Source of the DNA: Callorhinchus milii | Lineage: Eukaryota | Assembly: GCF_018977255.1 (NCBI RefSeq) | Contig: NW_024705582.1 | Location: 1-33,253, forward strand | DNA: 33,253 nucleotides | Direction of reading: 5' to 3' | Notes under the pieces: model-generated | Seen by the model: the letters and a program-made list of their open reading frames with translations, nothing else | The model's database searches: none | Told to the model about the DNA's origin: nothing | Program-made: the position numbers and the translations under genes | Shown: in pieces, positions 32,805 through 33,253 of the stretch | Position numbering within the stretch: position 1 is the stretch's first letter | Layout: each line of letters starts with the position of its first letter

Positions 32805-33253
32805 GAAATAATGACCGTCGCTTAGTCCCAACCGCGCCAGCCTCGCTGCACTGCCTCGCTACCAGAAGACGAACGCTGCTGCTGCTGCTGCTGTTGCCGC
32901 AGATGAGCTTCATCGCGCATCGAGTTCCTCCAATCTAAATCACGAATCTGATAAAGATTCGAAACATGACGCTACTGCGTCCCCACGTCCATCGCTAAGC
33001 TGGCTCGTTAGCCCGGGAATGAACGGCAGAATCGAGCGCGAGTCCTCACGCTCCATCAGCCACGGGGCCGCCCTCTTCTTCTCGTTCTCCTCTCGTCTCT
33101 AATCCTTGGCCTTCTCGGCTGTTGCTGTGCCACATCTGACTCTGCTCGTGCTGCATCGGTGCCATTGCTGGCTGCCCCAGGTTCTGTTCTGCGATGACAA
33201 ATTTCTATTGTCGTAAAGTAACAAAAATGCTCTTAAAGTAACGCTTAACGCAA

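Noticed and set aside
31398..33190. GC-rich ORFs as the upstream HSPA12 exon
   Set aside because: None encodes the expected QKTPT..FHSFGY..FKMKLH segment; that exon is probably beyond the window.

Overview
Eukaryotic, vertebrate-type genomic DNA; no prokaryotic operon, CRISPR array, rRNA or tRNA gene is present. A jawless vertebrate such as a lamprey is my inference from the GC3-rich exons, the mixed HSPA12A/B residues and the repeat types. The only host gene I can support is HSPA12 (Hsp70 family member 12) on the minus strand: three internal GT-AG exons at 27494-27598, 26770-26886 and 25807-25978. The rest appears to be HSPA12 intron filled with mobile DNA: two decayed Ty3/Gypsy elements, a young complete non-autonomous LTR element nested in one of them, a solo LTR, two Penelope-like retroelements (RT + GIY-YIG), six short TSD-flanked Penelope pseudo-LTR inserts, two TIR elements with 6-bp TSDs, RTE LINE ends and SINEs. 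The main non-obvious signals are RNA structures. Nine minimal type-I hammerhead ribozyme motifs with covarying stems sit in the Penelope pLTRs, seven of them in the HSPA12 sense orientation. Strand-specific structured 3'-UTR modules and a hairpin-unit tandem array occur in the LTR elements. All folds were read by eye, not computed.
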